The translations under genes were made by a program, and so were the position numbers. 64,000 bases of DNA from Candidatus Binatia bacterium (GTDB lineage: Bacteria > Desulfobacterota > Binatia > UBA12015): the NCBI GenBank assembly GCA_036563615.1, contig DATCMB010000004.1, forward strand, positions 100,071 to 164,070, read 5' to 3'. This document shows positions 1-9,599 of the stretch, piece after piece; the stretch's first letter is position 1, and the number at the start of each line of letters is the position of its first letter. The notes under the pieces were generated by a model. It did not search any database. It was not told the origin of the DNA and saw only the letters and a list, made by a program, of their open reading frames with translations.

Positions 1-1418
1 CCGTGCCGCTCGACGATGTGCCGCACCACCGCGAGCCCGACCCCGAGCCCGCCCTGCATGCGCGTCGAGCCGCCGTCTGCTTGACGGAAGCGCTCGAAGA
101 CGTGCGGCAGGAACTCGCGCGGGATCCCCTTGCCGGTGTCGTGCACCTCGAGCACGACGCGCGTGTCGCGACGCGCGAGGCGCACGTCGATGCGGCCGCC
201 CTGCGGCGTGAACTTGATGGCGTTGGTCAGGAGGTTCCACACGACCTGCTGCAGGCGGTCGGGATCGCCGGGCACGGTGTCGACCTCGTCCGAGAGCACC
301 GTGGTCAGCAGCAGGCCCTTCGCGTCCGCCATCGGACGCGCCGCCGCGACGGCGGCGGAGAGCAACTCGTGCATCGCCACGGGCTGCACCGAGAGGCGCA
401 GCTTGCCGGCCGCGATGCGCGAGACGTCGAGCAGGTCGTCGATCAGCTTGCTCTGCTTCTTGACGTTGCGGTCGATGACCTCGAGCGCACGCGCGGTCGT
501 GCGGTCGTCGAGGCGTCCCTGCTGCAGCAAGCGCACCCAGCCGAGGATCGCGGTGAGCGGCGTGCGCAGCTCGTGCGACAGCGTCGAGAGGAACTCTTCC
601 TTGAGCTTGCTCGCCTCCTGCTCCTGGCTGAGCAGCAAGTTCTCGATGGCGAGTCCGGTCATCTGCGCGAGCTGCAGGAAGAGCGTCTCGTCGTCCTGAT
701 CGAACGACGCGCCATCCGCCTTGTCGCCGCTGCACACCAGCCCGAGGGGGCGTCCGTCGCGGCCGACGAGCGGCGCGAGCAGGCACTCGATGCGCGGGAA
801 GGCGTCGCTCGCTTCCCCGTTCGGGGCCGCGGCGACACCGCCGTTCGGAGCGATCCGCAGCACCTCGCCCGGACGCTGGAGTCGCAGCGCGTACGCCGAC
901 AGCAGTTCCTGCACGGCCTGCGCGCAGCCGCTCGGCGCATCGTCGTCGAGCGGCGCGAGATGGCGCGTGCGCACCTGGTTCTCGCCGAGTGTCAGCCCGA
1001 CGGCGACCGAAGTGCCGCCCAGGATGTCGCGCGCGGCGAGCATCGCCGCGTCGGCGATCGCGTCGGTCGAGCCGCCCGCGTTGATCGCCTGCGCGGCGCG
1101 CGTCAAGCGCCGCAGGCGGCGCGCGTAGCTCGCGAGCGCCTCCGCGTGGCGACGCTGCGTGCGCACCGCGTTGTACAGGTCGACGAAAACCGAGACCTTG
1201 GTGCGCAGCACGTCGGGCACGAACGGCGTGACGACGAAGTCCACCGCGCCGAGCGAGTGGCCGCGCGCGAGGTGCAGATCGTCGCCGCCGGACGTGACGA
1301 AGAGGATCGGCGTCCGCTCCGCGGACTCGCGCTCGCGGATCAGCATCGCGGTCTCGAAGCCGTCCGTCAGCGACGGGTCGACGTCGAGCAGGATCGCCGC
1401 GAACTCGCGCTGCGGCAC
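1..1418 (-). CDS. Hybrid sensor histidine kinase (receiver remnant, GAF-like region, HisKA, HATPase_c). The 3' end lies beyond the window start.
   Basis: The reverse-strand translation contains [22 protein letters not shown] (receiver Asp region), [19 protein letters not shown] (H-box) and [53 protein letters not shown] (N/G boxes). The + strand ORF 3..1448 is its antisense shadow. The first in-frame start is GTG at 1418. Confidence 0.85.
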   Translation of the reverse strand, partial: [472 protein letters not shown]

Positions 1419-1563
1419 GCAGCGCCTCCCGGCCCGACTCGACCTTGACCACGTCGACGTCGAGGTCCGCCAGCGCCTCCTCGAGCGCGATCCGCTCGTC
1501 GGGTCGATTGGCGATCAGCAGGATGCTCGCCCGCTCGCAGACCGGCGCTGCGTCCCTCGTCAC
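1414..1563 (-). other. Out-of-frame 5' segment encoding the first part of the receiver domain (beta1 to alpha2) of the same kinase gene
   Basis: GTG at 1563 opens MTRDAAPVCERASILLIANRPDERIALEEALADLDVDVVKVESGREAL, a typical receiver N-terminus. Near 1410-1415 this frame becomes Arg-rich nonsense, and the receiver continues in the neighbouring frame. Confidence 0.6.
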
Positions 1564-1704
1564 TCGTCACCCCGCTCCGTGCTCAGCGGCCCAGCCAGGC
1601 TCGCCGCACGGACAGCGGGTGCTCGACATCGACCGGTCGATCCTCGGCGCGATCTTCGCCGGAGACCGCGCGGACGGCCGCTGACGGCCGCGGAAACGTG
1701 AAGC

Positions 1705-2604
1705 TCAAGCCGTGGCCCGCGGCAGGTGCCATGGGGCAGCCGGCGTGCGCGTCGACGTCCGGACGCTCGAGCGCGCCGCGCCCTCGCGCCACTCGAGGCC
1801 GTCCGCGCGCAGCACGACGACCTGCTTGCGGGCGCGCTCGAGCACGAGGCGCGCGACGCTCACGTCGAGCACGCTGCGGAAGCCGACGCCCTGCGCGCGC
1901 GCGCGCTCGACCGAGTGCGCCCAGCGATCGGCCTCCTCGGAGGCGATGTCCTCCATCAGCTCGAGCAAGCGGGCGACGCGCGCCACCACCACCGGCGGCG
2001 CGCACAGCGCACCGCGCGCGGCGAAGTAGCGCGCCGCCTCGTCGCCGGACGGCTCGCAGTAGCCGCGCACCGTGAAGACGGGTGCGAACGCGCAGTCGGG
2101 CGCGGGCGCGCCGAGGTCGACGTAGCGGCAGCCCGCCGCCGGGTGCCGCGGCCGCACGCCGAGCATCACGACGAGGTTCGGATGACGGCGGACGACCCAG
2201 CCCGCCATGCGCAGGTGGGCGCGCAGCGCTTCGTCGTCGGCGAAGCGGCCGTCGGCCGGAAGCATCGCGACGCGGGCGCTGCGGTCGAGCGCGTGGATCC
2301 GCAGCAGCGCGGACCACTCGGAGAGCGGCTGCGCCGCGCCCGGTCGCGCGACGAAGACGTTGCGCACCGGGAGCCGCGCGAGCTCGGCGTCGGACGAGGG
2401 CGCAGCGTCGAGCACCGCCACGGCGGTGCGTGCTGGCCCCGCGAGCGGCAGCAGCCGCGAGACCGTCGCGGCGAGCGCGCCGTCGCGCCCTCTTCGCTTG
2501 CCGGAGTCGACCGGTCGACGCCGTGCGGAGCCGACACGTCGGCCCGCGGGAATCACCCCGCCCACGACGAGCGCCCAGAGGTCGCCACCGGTTGGTTTCC
2601 GCAT
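1705..2604 (-). CDS. Nucleotidyltransferase-like protein, related to mannose-1-phosphate guanylyltransferase
   Basis: ATG at 2604 gives MRKPTGGDLWALVVGG..., and later LPADGRFADDEALRAHLRMAGWVVRRHPNLVVMLGVRPRHPAAGCRYVDLG resembles the PSDH...G(I)xP...GYGY core of NTP-transferases. Third-position GC is high. The N-terminal G-x-G-x-R-L loop looks degenerate. Confidence 0.5.
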   Translation of the reverse strand: MRKPTGGDLWALVVGGVIPAGRRVGSARRRPVDSGKRRGRDGALAATVSRLLPLAGPARTAVAVLDAAPSSDAELARLPVRNVFVARPGAAQPLSEWSALLRIHALDRSARVAMLPADGRFADDEALRAHLRMAGWVVRRHPNLVVMLGVRPRHPAAGCRYVDLGAPAPDCAFAPVFTVRGYCEPSGDEAARYFAARGALCAPPVVVARVARLLELMEDIASEEADRWAHSVERARAQGVGFRSVLDVSVARLVLERARKQVVVLRADGLEWREGAARSSVRTSTRTPAAPWHLPRATA

Positions 2605-3369
2605 GACTTGGTCCTCGCTCCGCGCCGGCGTCGAGCGAGCGCACTGCACCCACACCGACGCATGAAGCCGGGCGGGCTCCGTGCAGCTTTCGCACCAGCC
2701 GAACGAGGGTCGACAGTCGCCGAGACCTGGCCCGGTACGACGCAGGGCCGGGCGTTTTCGACATCTCGTGCGCGCGACGGGAGACGGATCCCACGCCGCC
2801 AGGCGCTTTTGAAAATTCGTCCTTGTAGGCTCTACAGGGCGCCGCGTTCGGGGTGTCGGCGCGCTGACATGCAGGTCGGACTTCTGGCGTCGGAGAGCTG
2901 CGCTTTCTCCGTCGCCGCCCCGATCGGACACCGTCCGTCACAGACCGCGAGAGGCCGCGCGTCGGGGCAATCACCGGGGACGGGTGCCGGCGGGCGGATC
3001 GAGTCGCGTCGCGCCGTACGCGGGTACAGTCCGGAAGCGCACCGCGCAGCAGCGAGGCACGCATCGCGATCCCCGATACTTGACGGTTGCTCGCGCGACC
3101 CCGCTCGGCGGCGGTCGAGCTCACGGAGCGCACGCGCGCCACGCAGCACGATGGGTCCGACGTCGCGTAATCCCTGCCGAGCGCGCGGCATCCCTTACAC
3201 GCACGTCGTCCACGATCTCACGCCTTTCCCGGCGCGACCTCGCAACCACCACGCGCCCGGCGCGAATCGCCCGTGGCATGTGCTTCGCAACCCTCCATCG
3301 GGATCCGTCGCGCGCCGACGCGCGTCGCCGAAACACCGCTCGCCCACGCGCGAGCCGAGGAGAAAGCAC

Positions 3370-3834
3370 ATGTCGACCATCGAGAAATCGATCAACGTCA
3401 ACGTGCCGGTGAGCACAGCCTACAACCAGTGGACGCAGTTCGAGGAGTTCCCCCGCTTCATGGAGGGCATCGAGGAGGTGCGCCAGCTCGACGACACCCA
3501 CCTGCACTTCAAGGCCAACGTCGGCGGCAAGGAGAAGGAGTGGGACGCCGTGATCACCGAGCAGACGCCCGATCAGCGCATCGCCTGGCGCGACGCCGGC
3601 GGCGCGCCGAACGCGGGCGTGGTGACCTTCCACCGGCTCGCGCCCTCCGAGACGCGCATCATGCTGCAGATGGAGTACGACCCGCACGGGTTCGTCGAGA
3701 CGGTCGGCGACATGGTGGGCGTGGTCTCGAAGCGCGTCGCGGGGGACCTCGAGCGCTTCAAGGAGTTCATCGAGTCGCGCGGTCAGGAGACCGGCGCCTG
3801 GCGCGGCCAGGTGCGCCAGGACAAGCCGCACTGA
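3370..3834 (+). CDS. SRPBCC (polyketide cyclase/dehydrase-like) family protein
   Basis: A GAGGAG Shine-Dalgarno site precedes the ATG. The sequence MSTIEKSINVNVPVSTAYNQWTQFEEFPRFMEGIEEV...WRDAGGAPNAGVVTFHRL is typical of SRPBCC cyclase/dehydrase proteins. Confidence 0.85.
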   Translation: MSTIEKSINVNVPVSTAYNQWTQFEEFPRFMEGIEEVRQLDDTHLHFKANVGGKEKEWDAVITEQTPDQRIAWRDAGGAPNAGVVTFHRLAPSETRIMLQMEYDPHGFVETVGDMVGVVSKRVAGDLERFKEFIESRGQETGAWRGQVRQDKPH

Positions 3835-3854
3835 CGCAGGAGCCAAACGCAAAG

Positions 3855-3885
3855 ACGCCCGCGGCGCTGCTTGCGCCGCGGGCGT
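3855..3885. terminator. Perfect 13-bp stem hairpin between the convergent SRPBCC and bfr genes
   Basis: The element is ACGCCCGCGGCGC-tgctt-GCGCCGCGGGCGT. On the minus strand it is followed by CTTTGCGTTTGG, a T-rich tail, which suits termination of bfr. Confidence 0.6.
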
Positions 3886-3919
3886 GATGACGAAGAGCGT
3901 CAGGCTCGGGCTGCGACGC

Positions 3920-4399
3920 TCAGTCCTCTTCCTCGCGGATCTGCTGCGCGAGGTACATCTTCTCGCCGACCTGCTCGATCAGCGTGAGCTGCGACTCGAG
4001 CCAGTCGATGTGCTCCTCTTCCGACTCGAGCATGTCGTCGAGCATCTCCCGGGTGCCGTTGTCCCCGAGCTGGACGCAGAGCTCGATCGTCTGGTTGAAG
4101 CGCTTCTGCGCTTCGAGCTCCAGGGCGAGGTCGAGCCGAAGCTGCTCGGCCGGCGTCTCGCCGACCGAAACCTTGAACAGCCGCTGCATGTTGGGCACGC
4201 CCTCGAGGAAGAGGATTCGCTCGATCAGATCGTCCGCGTGCTTCATCTCGCCGATCGATTCCTCGTAGTTCTTCTTGGCGAGCCGCTTGTACCCCCAGTT
4301 GTCGCACATCTTGTAGTGCACAAAATACTGGTTGATCGCGGTCAGCTCGCCGGTGAGGATCTCGTTCAACGCATCGATGATCTTCTTGTTGCCCTTCAC
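3920..4399 (-). CDS. bfr: Bacterioferritin
   Basis: The start is GTG at 4399 with GGAGG upstream. The sequence (M)[36 protein letters not shown]...[19 protein letters not shown] matches the classic Bfr sequence, including the heme-Met and di-iron ligands. Confidence 0.95.
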   Translation of the reverse strand: MKGNKKIIDALNEILTGELTAINQYFVHYKMCDNWGYKRLAKKNYEESIGEMKHADDLIERILFLEGVPNMQRLFKVSVGETPAEQLRLDLALELEAQKRFNQTIELCVQLGDNGTREMLDDMLESEEEHIDWLESQLTLIEQVGEKMYLAQQIREEED

Positions 4400-4510
4400 G
4401 CGAAGCCTCCTTCCCTGCCACCCCTGAGCGCCGTGAATGCCTCGTTGAGACCACGAACGTACCACACGACGCACGCGCGCGGAACCCGCCTCGCGTAAAT
4501 CGCAAGATCC

Positions 4511-4535
4511 GCTGAAATCGAAAATCGATTTCAGC
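4511..4535. promoter_or_regulatory. AT-rich perfect palindrome upstream of bfr, a candidate metalloregulator operator
   Basis: The element is GCTGAAATCGA-AAA-TCGATTTCAGC, with 11-bp arms. It lies 112-136 nt upstream of the bfr start and 36 nt downstream of the GST stop. Confidence 0.5.
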
Positions 4536-4570
4536 AGAGCCCGATGATCCTCGCGTCCGTCGACGTCGCG

Positions 4571-5593
4571 TCAGTCGACGAGGAACGCGCGCCCGCCCGC
4601 GGCGTCGAGGATGCGGTCGAGCGCGTCGCGCTCGCGCACCGCCGCGTAACGCGCGCGCAGCGCGGCGAGCGACTTGGCGTGGTACTTCTGCGGCTCCTGA
4701 CGGAACGGCTTGCCGCCGAGCGTCACCTCGAGCTGCGGCTTGCCCTCGGCGAGCGCGCGCGCGTTCGCGACCGTCCACGGCGCGAACACGCCGATCACCT
4801 CGTCGCGCAGAAGCGGCATCAACGTCGGCTCGAGCGCCGCCCAGTCCTCGAACGGACCCTCGTTGCGCGGGTCGAGCATGCGCTCGGTCCACGCGAGCAC
4901 GTTGCGCCCGCGCTCGCGCAGCAGCGCGCCCGGCGTCGGGTCGGTCGAGCACTCGTAGATCTGCGCGAACAGGCCGAAGTCGCCGAACGCCGGCCGTCCG
5001 CCGAAGAGGTACGGCCGCTTCGCGAGATGCTTCTCGAGGATCTCGAGCTGCCGGACGAACGATCCTTCGATCTGCTCCGCGGTCTCGGGCGACGAGCCGA
5101 CGAACGACAGCCGCGGCACCATCCGTCCGGCGACCATCTGGATCGCGTTCTCGATCCCGCTCTCGTCGAGCCCCGGCATCATCTGGCGCGCGATGCGCTC
5201 CGCCGCCGAGCGCCGGTCGGCCTCGTACGTCCAGCGGTAGTGGAACATCGGCTTGTTGCCCCACTCGTCGCCGTACTCCTCGATGAGCGCCGAGAGGAAG
5301 GCGAGCGTCGGATCGTCGGGATGGATCGACGGCTCCGGATGGAGCGTCTCGAAGTGCTCGATGATCGGCGTCGAGTCCTGCCAGGCGCGGCCGTCGTCGG
5401 CGACCACCAGCGGAACCAGCGGCAGCTTCGCGTAGCGCCGGAACTCCTCCTCGTTGTTCGCGCTGCGCAGGACCCACTCGTGCGGGATGCCCTTGTAGCG
5501 GAAGTACGAGCGGACCTTGACGGAGTACGGCGAGAGCTCCGAGCCGAAGATGCGGTACGTGGGACCGGCAGCCTGCGCGTTGTCCGAAGCCAT
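4571..5593 (-). CDS. Glutathione S-transferase family protein
   Basis: ATG at 5593 follows AAGGAGA. The sequence has YRIFGSELSPYSVKVRSYFRYKGIPHEW (thioredoxin-like GST N-domain) and a C-terminal helical domain. Confidence 0.85.
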   Translation of the reverse strand: MASDNAQAAGPTYRIFGSELSPYSVKVRSYFRYKGIPHEWVLRSANNEEEFRRYAKLPLVPLVVADDGRAWQDSTPIIEHFETLHPEPSIHPDDPTLAFLSALIEEYGDEWGNKPMFHYRWTYEADRRSAAERIARQMMPGLDESGIENAIQMVAGRMVPRLSFVGSSPETAEQIEGSFVRQLEILEKHLAKRPYLFGGRPAFGDFGLFAQIYECSTDPTPGALLRERGRNVLAWTERMLDPRNEGPFEDWAALEPTLMPLLRDEVIGVFAPWTVANARALAEGKPQLEVTLGGKPFRQEPQKYHAKSLAALRARYAAVRERDALDRILDAAGGRAFLVD

Positions 5594-5604
5594 CGTTCTC
5601 TCCT

Positions 5605-6291
5605 TCACGCAGCGGACGGTTCGCCGACCCCGTTCCGCGAGCGAGCTCCGCGACGACGCGTCGGAGCAGCGGCCTCGCCGCTCAGCAGCGCCGTCAGCAT
5701 CAGCGTCATGACCTTGCGCGCGCGCTCGACCGACAGCCCCTGGTGGCGCCGCAGATTCTCCCACACGGACCAGCTCGCCGCCGCACCGAGCGCCGCGGCG
5801 AGCTCGCGCCGCTGCGCCGCGGGTCTTGCGTCGAGCTCTTGCGCGAACACGCGCTCGACCTCGGCGCGCGCGCGCGCACGCGCCGCCTCGAGGCGCGTGC
5901 TCACCTCCTTCGAGAACGGCTCGACCCGCAGCGACGCGCGCCGCACCGGCGTGATCGCCTCGAGCAGCCGCGAGCGCCGCGCGACGAGCATCGCGATGCG
6001 CTCGCCGAGCTCGCCGCTCGCCGGCGTCGGCACGAGGAGCGGCGCGAGGCGCTCCATCTGCAGATCGGCCGCTGCCGCGAACAGCGTCTCGATGCTCTCG
6101 AAGTGCTGGAACACCGAGCGCAGCGACACGCCCGCGCGCTGCGCGATCTGCGCCGCCGTCGGCCGCACGTTGCCGCCTTCGAGCAGGTCGAGCAGCGCCG
6201 TGACCACGGCGCGGCGTGAGCGCTCGCTGCGCGCGAGGCGGCCGTCGAGCCGGACGAGCGGGGACCGGTCCGCGGACATCGCGCGACGCAT
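5605..6291 (-). CDS. TetR/AcrR family transcriptional regulator
   Basis: The sequence RAVVTALLDLLEGGNVRPTAAQIAQRAGVSLRSVFQHFESIETLF contains a TetR helix-turn-helix. The alternative start at 6279 is equally possible. Confidence 0.85.
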   Translation of the reverse strand: MRRAMSADRSPLVRLDGRLARSERSRRAVVTALLDLLEGGNVRPTAAQIAQRAGVSLRSVFQHFESIETLFAAAADLQMERLAPLLVPTPASGELGERIAMLVARRSRLLEAITPVRRASLRVEPFSKEVSTRLEAARARARAEVERVFAQELDARPAAQRRELAAALGAAASWSVWENLRRHQGLSVERARKVMTLMLTALLSGEAAAPTRRRGARSRNGVGEPSAA

Positions 6292-6321
6292 TACTGCATC
6301 ATGAGTGCAGATTCAATTCGG

Positions 6322-7095
6322 TCAGCAGACGTCGGCGCGCAGCAGCGCGTCGGAGCCGCCGTCGACGAACAGCACGCTGCCGCAGCAGAAGGACGCGTCG
6401 CTCGACAGCAGGAAGCAGATCGCCGCGGCGATCTGCTCGGGACGCCCGAACCGGCCGCCGAGCGGGATCGGGAAGCCGCGGATCGCGGCGCCGAACACCG
6501 GGTGCTCGAGCCCTTCCTCCAGGAGAGGCGTGCGCACCGCGCCGGGCGCGACGGCGTTCAGACGGATGCCGGCGCCCGCCCACTCCGGGCGCGTCGCCTG
6601 CCTGCGCACCCAGCGCGCGAGCGCGAGCTTCGAGGCCGCGTAGGCCGTCGCGCCGTCCGTCTCCTCGGCGAGCCGACGCGCCTCGCCCTCGTCCCCGGCG
6701 AGGCACGCCGCGGCGAGCGGCCCGTCCGCACCGGGCGCGATCGTCGCCGAGTTCGACGACACCGCGACCGCCGCCGGCGCCTCCCCGCAAGCGAGCAGCG
6801 GACGCAGACCGTCGAGCAGCGCGATCGCGCCGAAGTAGTTGACGGACAGGATGCGCGAGCGCGGCTCGAATTGCGGGCCGATGCCGGCGCACGCGACGAG
6901 GCCGTCGAGCCGCTCGCCGGCGAGCGCGCGCACCTCGGCCAGTGCGCGCTCGCGTCCCGCGGCGTCCGACAGGTCCGCCACGACCTCCGCGTCGCGCAGG
7001 TCGACGCCGAGGACGCGGCAGCCGTCGCGCTCGAGGCGGCTGCGCACGGCGGCGCCGATGCCCGATGCGGCCCCGCTGAGCACGATCGTCCGCAT
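6322..7095 (-). CDS. Short-chain dehydrogenase/reductase (SDR)
   Basis: The sequence has MRTIVLSGAASGIGAAV (TGxxxGIG-type Rossmann motif), YAASKLAL (YxxxK) and a GSVLFVDGG tail. Confidence 0.85.
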   Translation of the reverse strand: MRTIVLSGAASGIGAAVRSRLERDGCRVLGVDLRDAEVVADLSDAAGRERALAEVRALAGERLDGLVACAGIGPQFEPRSRILSVNYFGAIALLDGLRPLLACGEAPAAVAVSSNSATIAPGADGPLAAACLAGDEGEARRLAEETDGATAYAASKLALARWVRRQATRPEWAGAGIRLNAVAPGAVRTPLLEEGLEHPVFGAAIRGFPIPLGGRFGRPEQIAAAICFLLSSDASFCCGSVLFVDGGSDALLRADVC

Positions 7096-7147
7096 GCGGG
7101 AACGTGATTTGACAACTTCGCGGCCCGTCGGCAACGCTTTCAGGTTC

Positions 7148-8133
<986 letters not shown>

Positions 8134-8137
<4 letters not shown>

Positions 8138-9051
8138 GCCTCACCGCCGAGCAGACCCGCGAGATCCTCGACAAGGTCCGCCACATCGAGATCCGCACCG
8201 GGCGTCTCGCGCGCGAGACCTTCGCCGGACAGTACCACTCGGTATTCAAGGGGCGCGGCATGGACTTCGAGGAGGTCCGCGAGTACGTGCCCGGCGACGA
8301 GGTGCGCGCGATCGACTGGAACGTCACCGCGCGCACTGGCCGTCCGTTCATCAAGAAGTTCCGCGAGGAGCGCGAGCTGACGATCGTGCTGCTCGTCGAC
8401 CTGAGCGCGTCGGGACACTTCGGCTCGGTGCGGCAGAGCAAGCGCGAGCTCGCGGCCGAGGTCGCGAGCGTCCTCGCATTCGCCGCCATCCGCAACAACG
8501 ACAAGGTCGGCCTCGTGCTGTTCACCGACGACGTCGAGCAGTACGTGCCGCCGCGCAAGGGTCGCAGCCACGTGCTCCGCGTCGTGCGCGAGATCCTGTT
8601 CTTCGCCGCGCGCGGACGCGGCACCAACATGATCGGCGCGCTCGAGTACGCGAACCGCGTGCTGAAGCGGCGCGCGGTCGTCTTCCTGCTCTCGGACTTC
8701 CTGCTGCCCGGCATGCGCTCCGGCGTGCCGGACGCGCTGCGCCGGACGCTCGAGATCACCGCGCGCCGCCACGACCTGGTCGGCGTGGTGGTCTCGGATC
8801 CGCGCGAGGCGGAGCTGCCCGACGTCGGCCGCGTGGTCCTCGAGGACGCGGAGACCGGCGAGCAGGTCGAGGTCGACACGGGCGACGCGCGGCTCCGGCA
8901 GCGCTTCGCGGACGCCGCCCGGACGCAGCGCGGCGCCGTCCTGCAAGCGCTCCGCGGCGCCGGCATCGACACGCTCGAGCTCAGCACCGCCGTGCCCTAC
9001 CTCTCGGCCTTGCTGCGCTTCTTCCAGCGGCGGGCCGCGCGCCTCGGATGA
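8134..9051 (+). CDS. DUF58 domain protein, the usual MoxR partner
   Basis: The GTG start overlaps the moxR stop (GTGA). The motifs GQYHSVFKGRGMDFEEVREYVPGDEVRAIDWNVTART and LLVDLSASG are DUF58 hallmarks. Confidence 0.9.
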
Positions 9052-9599
9052 CGACAGCTCAGCCGACAGCGAGCGTCGCGGCGCCGACGCCGACGCCGTC
9101 CGACATCCGCGACATCCGCGGCCCGCTGCCGATCCCGATCGCCTGGCTGCTGCCGGCGCTGGTCCTCGTGGGCCTGCTGCTCGCGCTCGCCCTCGCGATG
9201 CTCGCGCGGCGCTGGTGGCAGCGGCGCAAGCGTCCCGCGCCGCCGCGTCCCGCCGACGTGGTGGCACTCGAGCGCCTCGAGGCCGCGCGCGCCCTGCTCG
9301 ATCCGGCGCACGCGCGCGAGTTCTGCTTCGCGGTGAGCGAGGCCGTGCGGCTCTACATCGAGGACCGCTTCGCCGTGCTCGCCGCGCGGCGCACCACCGA
9401 AGAATTTCTCGCCGACCTGGTGCGCGCGCCCGCACCCGGTCTCGCCTCGCACGCGCGCCTGCTCGACGACTTCCTGCGCCGCAGCGACCTCGTGAAGTTC
9501 GCGCGCGCGCCGCTCGCGCGCGAAGAGATGGAAGCGATGCTCGCGAGCGCGACCCGCTTCGTGCACGACACGCGGCCCGGGGTGGAGGCGGCGGCATGA
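9048..9599 (+). CDS. DUF4381-like single-pass membrane protein
   Basis: It has an ATGA overlap with the upstream gene. It has one TM helix (WLLPALVLVGLLLALALAML), then a RRWWQRRKR stop-transfer stretch and a LVKFARAP motif. Its position matches canonical Bat operons. Confidence 0.7.
   Translation: MTTAQPTASVAAPTPTPSDIRDIRGPLPIPIAWLLPALVLVGLLLALALAMLARRWWQRRKRPAPPRPADVVALERLEAARALLDPAHAREFCFAVSEAVRLYIEDRFAVLAARRTTEEFLADLVRAPAPGLASHARLLDDFLRRSDLVKFARAPLAREEMEAMLASATRFVHDTRPGVEAAA

Noticed and set aside
3-1448. A 481-aa plus-strand ORF lies at the window start.
   Set aside because: It is the antisense shadow of the histidine kinase. The reverse strand encodes clear H-box and HATPase motifs.
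6290-6330. A partial palindrome CTGCA-TCATGAG-TGCAG lies at the SDR/TetR junction and could be a TetR operator.
   Set aside because: Only 5-bp arms pair and the extended arms do not match. It overlaps the start and stop codons and could be coincidental.
7109-7137. A perfect TTGACA hexamer lies upstream of moxR and could be a -35 box.
   Set aside because: No acceptable -10 hexamer follows at 16-19 nt; the candidates are caacgc and aacgct. This is too weak to call a promoter.
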